A stretch of 64,000 bases of DNA from Candidatus Multivoradales bacterium (GTDB taxonomy: Bacteria > Acidobacteriota > Thermoanaerobaculia > Multivoradales > J023), in contig CBDFLE010000006.1 of assembly GCA_965248925.1 (NCBI GenBank), positions 1,216,001-1,280,000 on the forward strand. Reading direction: 5' to 3'. This document shows positions 38,922 through 49,200 of this stretch, piece after piece (position 1 is the first letter of the stretch; every line of letters begins with the position of its first letter). The notes beneath the pieces are model-generated. The model worked only from the letters and a program-made list of their open reading frames with translations. It had not been told where the DNA came from and ran no database searches. The position numbers and the translations under genes were made by a program.

Positions 38922-40343
38922 ATGAGCCTCAACTCCACCAATAACCGCCTCAGATCCGTGTTGATCGTTGAAGACGACGACAAGATCCGCGCCAACCTGA
39001 TCTTTCAAGTCCGCGACGCCGGCTACCAGCCAACCGCTGTACCCAGCGCCGAGACGGCTTTTGTCCAGCTGCGCGACAAAGCCCATGAACTACCCGAGTT
39101 GCTGCTGCTCGATGTCCGCTTGCCGGGCCTCTCAGGGGTCGAGTTGGTGCGCAGCCTGGCTGGCATCGACCGCTTGCCAGCGACCATCATCGTCTCCGGC
39201 GAAGCCTCGATCACCGAAACCGTCACCGCCCTGAAGCTCGGCGTCCATGACTTCATCGAAAAACCTTTCTCCAAAGAGAGGCTGCTGCGCTCGATGCGCA
39301 ACACCTTGGAGACCGCCGCCCTCAAACTAGAGGTCGAAACCTTGCGCTCAGCCCTCGAACCCCGCATCTTGGGGACTTCATCGGTGATCGAAAAAATGCT
39401 CCAGCTGATCGAACGGGCCGCCCCCACCGATGCCCGAGTACTGATCTGTGGCGAATCGGGGACCGGCAAAGAACTGGTCGCCGACGCCCTGCACCGGCAG
39501 AGTCCGCGCCACGGCAAACCCTTTATCAAACTCAACTGCGCCGCCGTGCCCGAACAACTGATCGAAGACGAATTGTTCGGCCACGTCAAAGGAGCCTTCA
39601 CCGACGCCCGTGGCGCCAAACCGGGCCTGTTCGAGGAGGCCGACGGTGGCACCTTGTTCCTCGACGAGATCGGCGACATGGGCTACCAGCTCCAGGCCCG
39701 CCTGCTGCGGGTGCTCGAAGACGGCCGGGTGCGGCGGGTCGGCGACACCCAGGATCGGGCGGTCGATGTGCGGGTGCTGGCCGCCACGCACCGCGACCTG
39801 CTGCAGACCGTTGCGGATGGCGCTTTTCGCGAGGATCTATACTTCCGCCTCGCCGCTCTGCCCATCGACGTGCCCGCCCTGCGCGAGCGGGAAGGCGATC
39901 TCAGGCTGCTCTTTCTGCACTTCCTCGACCACTTCAGTCGCCATCACCGGATGCGCCCACGGCAAGTCGCCGAGCCGGTGTTCGGGGTGATCAAAAACTA
40001 CGCCTGGCCCGGCAACGTGCGCGAGCTACGCAATGTCTGCGAGCGCCTGGTGGTCTTCGGCTGCGACCCGGTGACCCTTGATCAACTACCGCCAGCCCTG
40101 TTCGCCGATGGCCGCCAAGGCGATGCCAACCTGCTGCGCCTCGAGCAGACCTTCCCGCCGATCCCCCTGCGCGAACTCAAGACCCGGGTCGAGAGGGAGT
40201 ACATCGAGAGCGTGCTGCAACGCGCCCGGTGGAACTTCACCGCCACCGCCAGGCAGCTCGGCATTCAGCGCACCTACCTACACCAGAAGGTGAACACGCT
40301 GGGGATCAGCCGACCTGAGAACGGTGTCGAGGCGGAGGGCTGA
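38922..40343 (+). CDS. Sigma-54-type response regulator (NtrC/NtrX family)
   Basis: Receiver (VEDD, LLDVRLP, KPF), [32 protein letters not shown]-terminal HTH. Confidence 0.95.
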   Translation: MSLNSTNNRLRSVLIVEDDDKIRANLIFQVRDAGYQPTAVPSAETAFVQLRDKAHELPELLLLDVRLPGLSGVELVRSLAGIDRLPATIIVSGEASITETVTALKLGVHDFIEKPFSKERLLRSMRNTLETAALKLEVETLRSALEPRILGTSSVIEKMLQLIERAAPTDARVLICGESGTGKELVADALHRQSPRHGKPFIKLNCAAVPEQLIEDELFGHVKGAFTDARGAKPGLFEEADGGTLFLDEIGDMGYQLQARLLRVLEDGRVRRVGDTQDRAVDVRVLAATHRDLLQTVADGAFREDLYFRLAALPIDVPALREREGDLRLLFLHFLDHFSRHHRMRPRQVAEPVFGVIKNYAWPGNVRELRNVCERLVVFGCDPVTLDQLPPALFADGRQGDANLLRLEQTFPPIPLRELKTRVEREYIESVLQRARWNFTATARQLGIQRTYLHQKVNTLGISRPENGVEAEG

Positions 40344-40392
40344 ATCTACGACCGGTCGCCCTGATTCGACCGCCCGGCAGCGCCCCATCCTC

Positions 40393-40690
40393 AGGAGGTT
40401 TTCAACATGTTCAGGGCAACCAGACATGTTCAGGGCAAGCAGCAAACATCCCACGGGCTTATCCTAGCTGACCTTGGTCGGCACTCTATTGCTCGCCGGG
40501 TCGGCAGCGGGAGAGGAACTTAGCTCGAGCAACGGCGAGTTGCGCGCCGCCGCGACCGGCCATCGATCGTCGGCGTGGAGGTCTGGGCGATCGATGGCCG
40601 CGGCTAGGTCGAGCAACGCGCCTTAACCGACGACCACGGCCGCTACCAGCTCTCAGAACTCCCACCGACGGTCTTCTTCGTCCGCAGATT
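40393..40690 (+). pseudogene. Decayed remnant of a secreted carboxypeptidase-regulatory-like domain gene
   Basis: AGGAGG RBS, duplicated start ACATGTTCAGGGCAA (40405, 40424), fragments LTLVGTLLLAGSAAG and IVGVEVWAIDGRG*VEQRALTDDHGRYQLSELPP across frameshifts and a TAG. Confidence 0.55.
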
Positions 40691-40782
40691 CCAATATCTA
40701 ACAACAGATGACCCAGAAAACGGGATCAGGCCAAAAACTATGGGCAGATTCCTAGGGAGGGGCGGTTGCAATGCAACTTCTC

Positions 40783-41292
40783 TTAAGCACCCGCTTCAAT
40801 CGCTGAACGCTCTCGCTGCCGTTCATACTCTTGCAACGCCCGGTCAGCTCTAGGGCTCCACTCTTCGTAGATATCTTGCAGAAGATCGCTCCCCACACCT
40901 TCACCGACCTGGGAATCCACGTAGGCATTCGCAATCATCTGATTGACTTCTTCGATGGAGCTCTCCAAATCAATGACCACTTGTTGCCACCTAGACTCAG
41001 TGTTAGAAATCTTGCTCCTCTGTTCGGGAAACTGCCTCTTCAAATTCTCCAGTCGATACACTTCGGTTAGCGCGTCTAAGCGAGCCTCTTCAACCTCGCG
41101 AAACTTGGATGTTAGCAAGGCAGAATTCTGCGTCACCCAGCTTATAGCGCTTTCCTTGCCCGCATTCTTTGGGTCAGGCAACGAAGTGTAGGACTTGTCC
41201 TCTTGTTGGTTACTGCCTATTGCGAGCACGACGAAAGCAACTACGCCGACCAAAGTAAGAATCGATCGAGCTGGATATAGCATCTTGGTCAT
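40783..41292 (-). CDS. Hypothetical protein with N-terminal TM and helical domain
   Basis: 169-aa ORF; GGAGAGG-like RBS; abuts the upstream stop. Confidence 0.75.
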   Translation of the reverse strand: MTKMLYPARSILTLVGVVAFVVLAIGSNQQEDKSYTSLPDPKNAGKESAISWVTQNSALLTSKFREVEEARLDALTEVYRLENLKRQFPEQRSKISNTESRWQQVVIDLESSIEEVNQMIANAYVDSQVGEGVGSDLLQDIYEEWSPRADRALQEYERQRERSAIEAGA

Positions 41293-41766
41293 TTAACACC
41301 TCTCCAATTTCTTGACAATCTTGAAGGCCACTAGAGCAGCCGTCGCCGAAAGCCCCAGGTCAACAACATCGAAGGTTCCAGGAACCGCCCCAAACGCCTG
41401 CCCTGCTTCTCCCGCGATAGCGAGTACTGGACCTGTCAGCATGAGTGCAACAACAAGCTTGGGAGAGGCGACGTCACACCAAAGCAACCCAATGAACATC
41501 GAGAACGAGTAGACCCAGGCCGCGTCAGGAAAAGAGTACAGAAACCACCCAGGGAAAGACACTGAGTCGAGATTGGCGGCCATCCGTCGCGCAGCCGAGA
41601 CCCAGTCGGACAAGCCAGCCATCTCGAACCAACGGAACATCACCAGCGTCTCCGTCCTCCAGAGAACGTAGACTGCGCCGCCCAATAGGATAGGCGCGAT
41701 TACGTGATTTGCAAATCTTTCGAATCGGACCCTGAGTCTCATTCTCAACCTCATGCCGCAGCTCAA
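41293..41766 (-). CDS. Hypothetical multi-TM membrane protein
   Basis: LYSFPDAAWVYSF, PGTFDVVDL, about 4 TM segments; start uncertain. Confidence 0.75.
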   Translation of the reverse strand: MSCGMRLRMRLRVRFERFANHVIAPILLGGAVYVLWRTETLVMFRWFEMAGLSDWVSAARRMAANLDSVSFPGWFLYSFPDAAWVYSFSMFIGLLWCDVASPKLVVALMLTGPVLAIAGEAGQAFGAVPGTFDVVDLGLSATAALVAFKIVKKLERC

Positions 41767-41860
41767 CCGCCGATCTGCCGACCAAAGTCGACTAGGTCAT
41801 TGAACTAGAAAGCCCGACAAACGATCACGGCACTTCACAGGAAAACGAAGCAAAGACTCA

Positions 41861-41992
41861 TTAGAACCAGGTCTTTACGGATGCAATCAGCGAGTCACCG
41901 AGATTGAGAGCGGCTGCAACAATCAGGAGAGCAATCGAAATCAAGACACATCCGCAACCCACTTGCGTACAGCTATCGTTGCTATCGCTCAT
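41861..41992 (-). CDS. Small 43-aa membrane peptide (below the ORF-track cutoff)
   Basis: ATG overlaps the upstream TGA (ATGA); MSDSNDSCTQVGCGCVLISIALLIVAAALNLGDSLIASVKTWF. Confidence 0.55.
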   Translation of the reverse strand: MSDSNDSCTQVGCGCVLISIALLIVAAALNLGDSLIASVKTWF

Positions 41993-42384
41993 TCCCGAAT
42001 TTCTTTGTTACTTACATTGTTTCTAACAACAATTCGCCTGGCAGGACGGGCATTACCCTTGACCTTTTTTTGCGGTTGGTTGGTCGCCAAACCCAAAACC
42101 CCTCCTGCGAACGTGAATGCGGACGGCAACGCGGTGGGGATCGCAGTGACCATCCCGACTAGCGCTCCTTTTGCAATGGCCGCTCCCCATCTGTCTCCAT
42201 AGCTGTAGTGCTGGAGAGCCGCGGAAGGAATCGCCAACAGAAGCGCTGCTGGAATCGACAAGCACCACGCGGCGCCTCCCGTGGCGAGCGTGGCGCCAAA
42301 CAGCATCCAGTCAAACGCGAACATACCGAATCCAACCAGAGGATGAAGGCCAACAGCCTTACAGAACTTCTGCAATCCACTCAT
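41989..42384 (-). CDS. Hypothetical membrane protein
   Basis: GLHPLVGFG...LQHYSYGDRWGAAIAKG...TAIPTALP; hydrophobic. Confidence 0.75.
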   Translation of the reverse strand: MSGLQKFCKAVGLHPLVGFGMFAFDWMLFGATLATGGAAWCLSIPAALLLAIPSAALQHYSYGDRWGAAIAKGALVGMVTAIPTALPSAFTFAGGVLGLATNQPQKKVKGNARPARRIVVRNNVSNKEIRE

Positions 42385-42591
42385 TGTCTACGACACAGCT
42401 CCTCTTGCTGTCCCAGGCCGATTCGGACCGCCCGCCCTGGATCCGTGAATCAATTTCTCATTGCTGACAACACAAGCGAGATTCGCGCGGACCAGGGACC
42501 ATCCCAGCCCTCTTCTTGGAGCGCCGGAACTTGGCGCCAATCTGCTGCGGGCACAAGAGTCTCTGTAAGAGGTTTGCCGACCCTTGGTCCC

Positions 42592-43701
42592 TCAATCAGG
42601 CAGAGGGTTCCATCTGGCCCAGCGCGCACAGAGCTTCGACGGCGCAGGGCCGTCCCATGAAATCTCCAATAAGTACCTTCCGGCCGGTAGGCTGCGGAAG
42701 AGCTGAGAGTCGCTGACTTCAGTGGGCGAACGACTTTCTTCCGCTAGAAGGGCTCCATCTATCGAATAGATCCGGCCTACAAGCTCCTGGGGGCCTTCGA
42801 ACTCGACAACGATCACGCCGCCAACTTCGACCTCGAAAGTGAAGAAATCCCCCCTCGGCCCTTCGATGAGAGGCAGGGGTTCCTCACAGACCCAGGTAGA
42901 CTGTTGTAGCGCAGAGAGCGATTCAACCCCCGCCCCGCCCTGGCCACTCGACAGGTGCTTGTCGCCACTGTTCCTTCCACCCTCGTCGCTTTCTGATCCT
43001 TCGTCGTCCTCAACCGTCTCTGTCCCTGAGATCGTCTCAATTTCGGTCTCATCGACCGGGTCGTCAATGCTCTTGATCATCCGACAAGTTTCGACTGAAT
43101 TTCTCCCTTCGCCCGCCAAACGCTCTAGTTCAGCAGTCGCATCACTTTCGGCCCAGGAGGCGAACGCCAGATAAATTGCGCTACCGCCACTCGGCGGCAA
43201 AGCAGCGGCAAAGACCAGGTCTCCTGGCATAGCCACTTGCCCCATGAAGGCGCGGTAGCCTAGCTCGGAGGGCCCGCGCAGAGATCCGAGACTTCTGCCG
43301 CCAAACGCACCACCGTCTCGCAACCAACGCAATCCCGGAACAGGACTTCCTGCCTCCTTCTCGAGCAAGCGGATCTCCACCGTGCCGACTGCGACGTTTC
43401 GCACCGCAATCAGCGTCCGACAGTTGCTATTGAGATCGATTGCCCTCCGTTCACCTAGGTCGAGCTCGACCGGCTGTTCACAGTCGATGGCAGACTGGCT
43501 CTCTTCGAACTCTCCACCTGTCGACCTGGCGGCAGGCGCCAACGACATTAGGATTGCTAGCCCGATCGGCCAGACACTCCTTGCGGGAACAGAAGGGCCA
43601 TTCTTACATGCGCAATAGGTAGCGCCACCCCAAAGCGAGTTTCCAGACGAGTACATTGAAAACCTCCTAGTTTGGCATCTCAGCAGTGGACAGCCATCCA
43701 T
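42592..43701 (-). CDS. Putative secreted protein with two beta-rich (PPC-like) regions separated by an acidic linker; start uncertain
   Basis: Signal-like IGLAILMSLAPAA; linker SIDDPVDETEIETISGTETVEDDEGSESDEG; GDFFTFEV...LPAGRYLLEI. Confidence 0.6.
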   Translation of the reverse strand: MDGCPLLRCQTRRFSMYSSGNSLWGGATYCACKNGPSVPARSVWPIGLAILMSLAPAARSTGGEFEESQSAIDCEQPVELDLGERRAIDLNSNCRTLIAVRNVAVGTVEIRLLEKEAGSPVPGLRWLRDGGAFGGRSLGSLRGPSELGYRAFMGQVAMPGDLVFAAALPPSGGSAIYLAFASWAESDATAELERLAGEGRNSVETCRMIKSIDDPVDETEIETISGTETVEDDEGSESDEGGRNSGDKHLSSGQGGAGVESLSALQQSTWVCEEPLPLIEGPRGDFFTFEVEVGGVIVVEFEGPQELVGRIYSIDGALLAEESRSPTEVSDSQLFRSLPAGRYLLEISWDGPAPSKLCARWARWNPLPD

Positions 43702-43969
43702 CTGCTAGAGAGTTCCGGCAACCGTCGCCTTCTTTCTCGGGAGGCGCGCCAAGGACTAAGCACTTCGGCTTCTGATCGCGACATCCGCGTCAGCCACGGG
43801 CCTCCCAAACTGTTACAAGGGGTAACGACCGCCATTGCTAGATTGGCGGCAGTCGGAGTGTTGGTTGCGGGTAAACGGCTGCGGAAGACGAGATCCGTGA
43901 AGCTAGGGGGCGACCGAGCCTGCACAGCGCGGTGGCTGAAGGGCTACTCCTGATCTGATATCATTCAGG

Positions 43970-45133
43970 ATGCACATGAGACCTAGTAAGGAGTACCTAT
44001 TCACGCGCTACGTGCTGAGCGTCAAAGAGTCGGGAGATCCTCCGGATCGCCAGGCTTTCTTCAGAGTGCTGAAAGCTCTGAGACTCTGTCTCAAACGCGA
44101 GATTCAAAGACGCGGCTTGTGGCAATATCCGCCGACCTTCCTGGGGATCTTCGGCTGGCGACAGTGGGTGGAGGCGGGTGTGTCACCCCCTCAGGAGGAT
44201 GCTCTGGCCGAGCTTACATTCGACTGCTATGTCTATATCTTCCTTGATCGCCTGAGGAGTCTTCGGGCCCAACTCCGAGTCAAGCCCAATATTGACGGAC
44301 TGGTGGTCTTGAACATCCGACATTTCTTGCTCGAGCGGCAACGCCTTGCTGATCCTCTGGGAGCCAGACTGTTCAGAACCCTACGGGCCGCCCTGAGGTC
44401 TTCAATCGAGACCGGCGATCTCATTCTTCTTGCAGGAAATGCAAACGTCGGCCCAAACACGGTCTTGACGTTCTCGACCCCTGCGGCCGACTCTTGTCCA
44501 CCGCCGATTACGGCAGAGGATCTACTGTGTGCTGTCTCCGCTTGGCTCCCCACTGCAATGCCGGACTTGGTCACAGCGATGGGCGTTGCCCAGCGGCGTA
44601 TCATCCAAGTGCTCGCCAACCGCGTTCTCGATCTCAGGTGTCTGGGAGAGAGCTTTCGATTCGCGGATCTCAACCGTAGCCTGATCGGCGCTGTTCGCCA
44701 GCATTGGCTGTCGATCCTGCGGGATACGATCGGCGAGCGCAGCGGAACTGGGATCAGCCGAGAAACATCGCGAACGCTCTTTCGCCAATTGCAGCCAGAT
44801 ACCCGTTTCGAGGATCTGCAGAGCTTTCGTGCTCTCGATCGCTGCATTTTGAACCGCATCGAGGTGCGGCTCTGCCGCCATAGGACATTGGAATACCTCC
44901 TGCGCTTGTGGGGCTTCTGCCGAGCGTATGCCGCGGATCAACCGGAGACCGACGCTAGCACCAACTCGAAGGATGGTGCACAGCAGCAGGGGCTGCCGTC
45001 GGCTAGGAAGCTCGCCCGCTTGCTGCGGGTACCGCGAGATCGCGTCCCCGGCCTCCTGGAGGTTCTCCGCGAGCTGGTGTCGCAGTGTTGCCGACAGTTG
45101 GCGCACCCCCCAAGGTCCAAGGGTACGACTTGA
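43970..45133 (+). CDS. Hypothetical sigma-like/HTH protein heading locus B
   Basis: 387 aa; C-terminal HTH-like LPSARKLARLLRVPRDRVPGLLEVLR; same position as the ECF sigma in locus A. Confidence 0.6.
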   Translation: MHMRPSKEYLFTRYVLSVKESGDPPDRQAFFRVLKALRLCLKREIQRRGLWQYPPTFLGIFGWRQWVEAGVSPPQEDALAELTFDCYVYIFLDRLRSLRAQLRVKPNIDGLVVLNIRHFLLERQRLADPLGARLFRTLRAALRSSIETGDLILLAGNANVGPNTVLTFSTPAADSCPPPITAEDLLCAVSAWLPTAMPDLVTAMGVAQRRIIQVLANRVLDLRCLGESFRFADLNRSLIGAVRQHWLSILRDTIGERSGTGISRETSRTLFRQLQPDTRFEDLQSFRALDRCILNRIEVRLCRHRTLEYLLRLWGFCRAYAADQPETDASTNSKDGAQQQGLPSARKLARLLRVPRDRVPGLLEVLRELVSQCCRQLAHPPRSKGTT

Positions 45134-45146
45134 TCCGGAGGGCGGA

Positions 45147-46121
45147 ATGAACCTGGATGGAAAATTCGAAGACCTACAAGCGCGCACTTTGATGGCTACC
45201 AAAAAGGCCGAGAACGCCCAGCAGCCTCAGACCACCCGTCTTGCGTCAGGGACCCTCTGGGTCCTTCCTCCAACCGCCGCCCATCCGGTCGAGTGGCTGA
45301 TCGTTGACACGACGCCGGCCAAGCGGCTAACTGCTCTCTTGCTGGTCGTACCGGTTGACACTCATCCATTGCTCGGCGAAGGCGACTTCGAAGTGCCGGC
45401 AGACAAGCCGGGCGGCCCACTAAGCGTCCGCAGCCTTCTCGCCTTTTGGGTCGAAGAGGGAGCCTTTCGGCAGGCACGTTTCACGGGACAAGTGGAGGCC
45501 GACGCGGCGACATGGGTGCGGCAGGAACTCGTGGGATCGGACGCTCCGAGCCTCCTGCAGGAGGATGCGGAGAGCGACCCAGAGTATTTCGATTGGCGGC
45601 AGCAAATCGAGAAAGCGTGCGAGATCCTATCGCGATGGCGGGTGGCCGATCCCGTGGATTCAGCGGTGCCAGCGCGACGCCTTCCGCCGCGGCGACTCTG
45701 GATGATTGCAGCCGCTGTGCTGCTCAGCACCAGCGTGGCCACACTCTCTTGGTTCAACGTGGACATGAGCCGGGAACTACGGCAATTCTCAAATCCCACC
45801 CGCGAGCCTACGATAGGCGAGCTGGCCTTTAGCTCGTCCAATCGCTTCGGCACCGATCTGGAGCTCGCGGTGCCAGCATCTTGGTTTCAGCTGATTTTCC
45901 TGCTGCCCAAGGCAGAAGCAGGAAGCCAGAGGATCGAAATCCGGGACGGCCGAGGAGCCGTCCTCTGGAACAGCTCCGTCTTCAGCACCGAGCCCGAGCT
46001 GACCGTCAATCTGGCGCGAAGCAAGTTCCCACCCGGCGTCTATTCCGTCCGCCTCTATGCCGTCGATCCGACTGGATTCGAAGAACACCAAGAGAGCCGC
46101 CGCTTGGAAATCCGACAGTAA
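45147..46121 (+). CDS. Anti-sigma-like single-pass membrane protein
   Basis: Cytoplasmic N-domain, TM WMIAAAVLLSTSVATLSWF, C-terminal beta domain (FPPGVYSVRLY) like that of the locus A anti-sigma (LADGDYRLEL). Confidence 0.65.
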   Translation: MNLDGKFEDLQARTLMATKKAENAQQPQTTRLASGTLWVLPPTAAHPVEWLIVDTTPAKRLTALLLVVPVDTHPLLGEGDFEVPADKPGGPLSVRSLLAFWVEEGAFRQARFTGQVEADAATWVRQELVGSDAPSLLQEDAESDPEYFDWRQQIEKACEILSRWRVADPVDSAVPARRLPPRRLWMIAAAVLLSTSVATLSWFNVDMSRELRQFSNPTREPTIGELAFSSSNRFGTDLELAVPASWFQLIFLLPKAEAGSQRIEIRDGRGAVLWNSSVFSTEPELTVNLARSKFPPGVYSVRLYAVDPTGFEEHQESRRLEIRQ

Positions 46122-46270
46122 CCACCTTGACAAGGCCAACAGCGGAATCGGCACCACTATTTGGTCCCTGGATACAGGAAAAAACGCTTGTAGGAGTGAT
46201 TCGAAGCGAAGATCCCGCACGGCCACAATACGGAAGGGATCCTCTGTTTCGAGTGCAGCCGTTTCTAGTG

Positions 46271-49200
46271 ATGAACACCAGCCGATACTTGAGCGAGTCG
46301 GATCAACAAGTGCCCAAGAAAGGGTGTCTCGGGGAAGCCCGGAGACGCGGGGCCTTCCGTCATCGAATCCTGGATGCGCTCTATCGCTGCCTCCTCGTGC
46401 TCTGCCCGCTGAGCTTCGGGCTGGGGGGGCTCTGCGGCTGCCAACCCGCCGAAGATGAGCATCTGATTGGCAAACAAGGAGGCACCGTGGACACTACCGA
46501 TCTAAACGCTCCTGTGGACTGCGACGCTGACAGCGCCTTCTCCGATTCGTCGGAGCCGGCCGCTGCCAGAAATGCTCGCAAGAACTTCCCTAGCGGATAC
46601 TTGAATCTCGAGACCCCGACTCGCGGTGAACTCGCCGGCGGCGATAGTCGCGATCTGACGGTCGAACTGGCCCGCTGCGACTACGCCCACGTCCGGGTGG
46701 AGCAGCTCGGAGCTGACCTCCAATTGAATCTCTACGGACCCGATGGCGAGCTCCTGACGTCCGTCGACAGCCCGACGGGGAATCAAGGTTTCGAGGAAGT
46801 CTTTGTGGTCGCGCAGCGCGCCGGCAGGCACCGCCTAGAGTTGCGCTCGCTGGACCCACCCAGCCAGTCCGGCGACTTCGTGGCTCACCTTGCCACCGTC
46901 CACTCCGACGCCGACGAAACCGAGCGCCATCGGGTTAGCGGTACTTGGTCCTACGCCCGCGCCGAGGCTCGGCTGGCCGAGGGCAAGCACGCCGAGGCCC
47001 TCGCTTTGTACCAAGGCGCACGGGGCCACTTCCGGAAATCCTTCGACCCAGCCTGGGAGGGCAGGACCTGGCAACGATCAGCGCAGTTGGTACGCAACGA
47101 GGATCCGCTGGCCGCCGCCGATGCACTCAACCAGGCCCTGTCGCTCTTCCGCCAAGCCGGCGAAAAACGCCTGCAAGCGATCACGCTCGCCGAATTGGGT
47201 AGCGTGCGGTTCCGGCTTGGCGAGGTTGAGAGAGCCCGCACGTCCCATCAAGCCGCTCTGGAACTCTTCGAGTTGCTCGATGATCCTCTCGGCAAAGCCA
47301 CTGCACTGAACAACCTCGGGCTAGTCCACAAGCGAGCAGGGGAGATCTTGCAAGCGCTCGAGTGCTATCGCCGTGCGGTGGATCTCTGGCGGGAGCTGAA
47401 GCGCGCCGTGGACCAGCTCTCGACGGAAATCAACCTCGGCAAGCTGCTGCTATCCCTGGGCAAACTGCCGCAAGCTCAAGATCTGTTCGAGTCCTGTCTG
47501 GAAAGCGCCCGGGCGTCCGGCGACCGATCCGCAGAGGCTACTTGTTTGGGCAGCCTGGGCGACATCGAGCAGCGCCGCGGCCGCTATCCGGAGGCTCTCA
47601 AGGTTCTCAAGGACTCATTGAATATCTACCAAGAAGACGGCAGCGTGTCTGGCCAAGGCGTGATTCACAACAGTCTCGGTAACACCTACCTCAAACAAGG
47701 ACAACCGAAGCAGGCTGGTAAGCACTACCAACTGGCACTCGACCTCTTCGAGCAGCAGCAAGATGCCGCGAATCAGGCCGTCAGTCTGCTCAATCTGGGC
47801 CGGTACCATTTCGCCGAGCATCGGTTCATCGAAGCCGCTGCCCGCCACCGGGAGGCACTAGCGCTCTATCGCCAGGTCGGCAATCGATCCGGCGAAGCCG
47901 CGACCCTGTTGGGCGAAGCGCGGTCTGAATATCAGAGAGGCAGACTGCGGACCGCGGAGGCGCTCATCGGAGCTGCGCTCGCGACTGTCGAACTCCTGAG
48001 GCAGGACAGCGGTGGACCAGATCTTCGGGTAGCAGTGGTCGCGTCAAAGTCCGAGTATTGGGAACTCTATGTTCATGTGCTTATGGCGCTACATCGAGAG
48101 GAGCCTGACGCTGAGCATGACCAGCGTGCACTCGAGGTTTGCGAACGCTGGCGCGCACGCAGTTTGCTGGATCTCTTGCGCGAAGCTCGACTGGACTTGC
48201 AAAGCGAAGTGCCAAGCGCCCTCGCTGAAGAAGAACGAGCCCTGCGACAGCGGATCGCCGAGTTGTACCTACAGCGTTTGGAAGCGACCGAGCCGAGCCA
48301 GCATGCTGAGCAAGAAGGATTCGCCAGTCAACTGCGTAGCTTGCAACTCGATCTGGAGTTGCTGAACGCTCGCATCCACAGCCAGAGCCGGCGTTACGGT
48401 GACATCGCACAACTGAATCCGGTCGATACGAGGACGATCCAGCGCGAGTTACTTCGCTCCGACACCCAACTGGTGGAGTATTTCCTCGGCCAGGAACGAT
48501 CCTATGCCTGGCTGGTTTCCCGGCAGCAAGTGACCAGCGTCGAGCTTCCTCCGCGGCAAGAACTCGAGGCCGCAGGCGGTGAAGTCTCCCGGCTCCTCCA
48601 AACCCGTAGCACCGGACAGGAAAAGCGTCGCCAGCGGGCTCTGCAGCGTCTCAGCTCCCTTCTCCTAGAGCCGCTGGCCGACGCCTTGGGTGCAAGTGGG
48701 GCAAGCACGGCGAGTCAAACTCCCCGCCGGCTCCTTGTAGTTGGCGACGGTATTCTCAACACAATTCCCTTTTCCGTACTGCCACTTCCAGGAGATCGGC
48801 GCAACTTGTTGATCGACAAGTTCGAAGTCGTCCACCTACCCTCGGCATCTGTGCTAGCGGCCTTGCGCGACCGCCAGCGCAGGCGACCCATCCGGGATGA
48901 GTTGAGAATCGCGCTATTCGCGGATCCTATCTACCAGTCGGACGATGAGCGCCTGGCGGGCGCTCCTGGCGGTTCCGTCGATTCAGGTGCAGCCTGGCAC
49001 AAAGACCTCTCGACCGCCGCCCGAGACTTGGAGCTTGGCACCTTTCAACGACTTCCCCACACACGGGTCGAAGTCGAAGAGATCTCCAGGCTCTTCTCGG
49101 GTAACCGTCGAACGGTAGAGCTGGGTTTCGCGGCCACCCGCTCGCACCTGCTGGAAACCGACCTAAAGTCGTATTCACTGCTGCACTTCGCCACCCACGG

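Noticed and set aside
45881-46270. N-terminal 130 aa of the 1766-aa ORF call
   Set aside because: It overlaps the upstream gene in another frame and reads like non-coding sequence; a later start (46271 or beyond) fits better.
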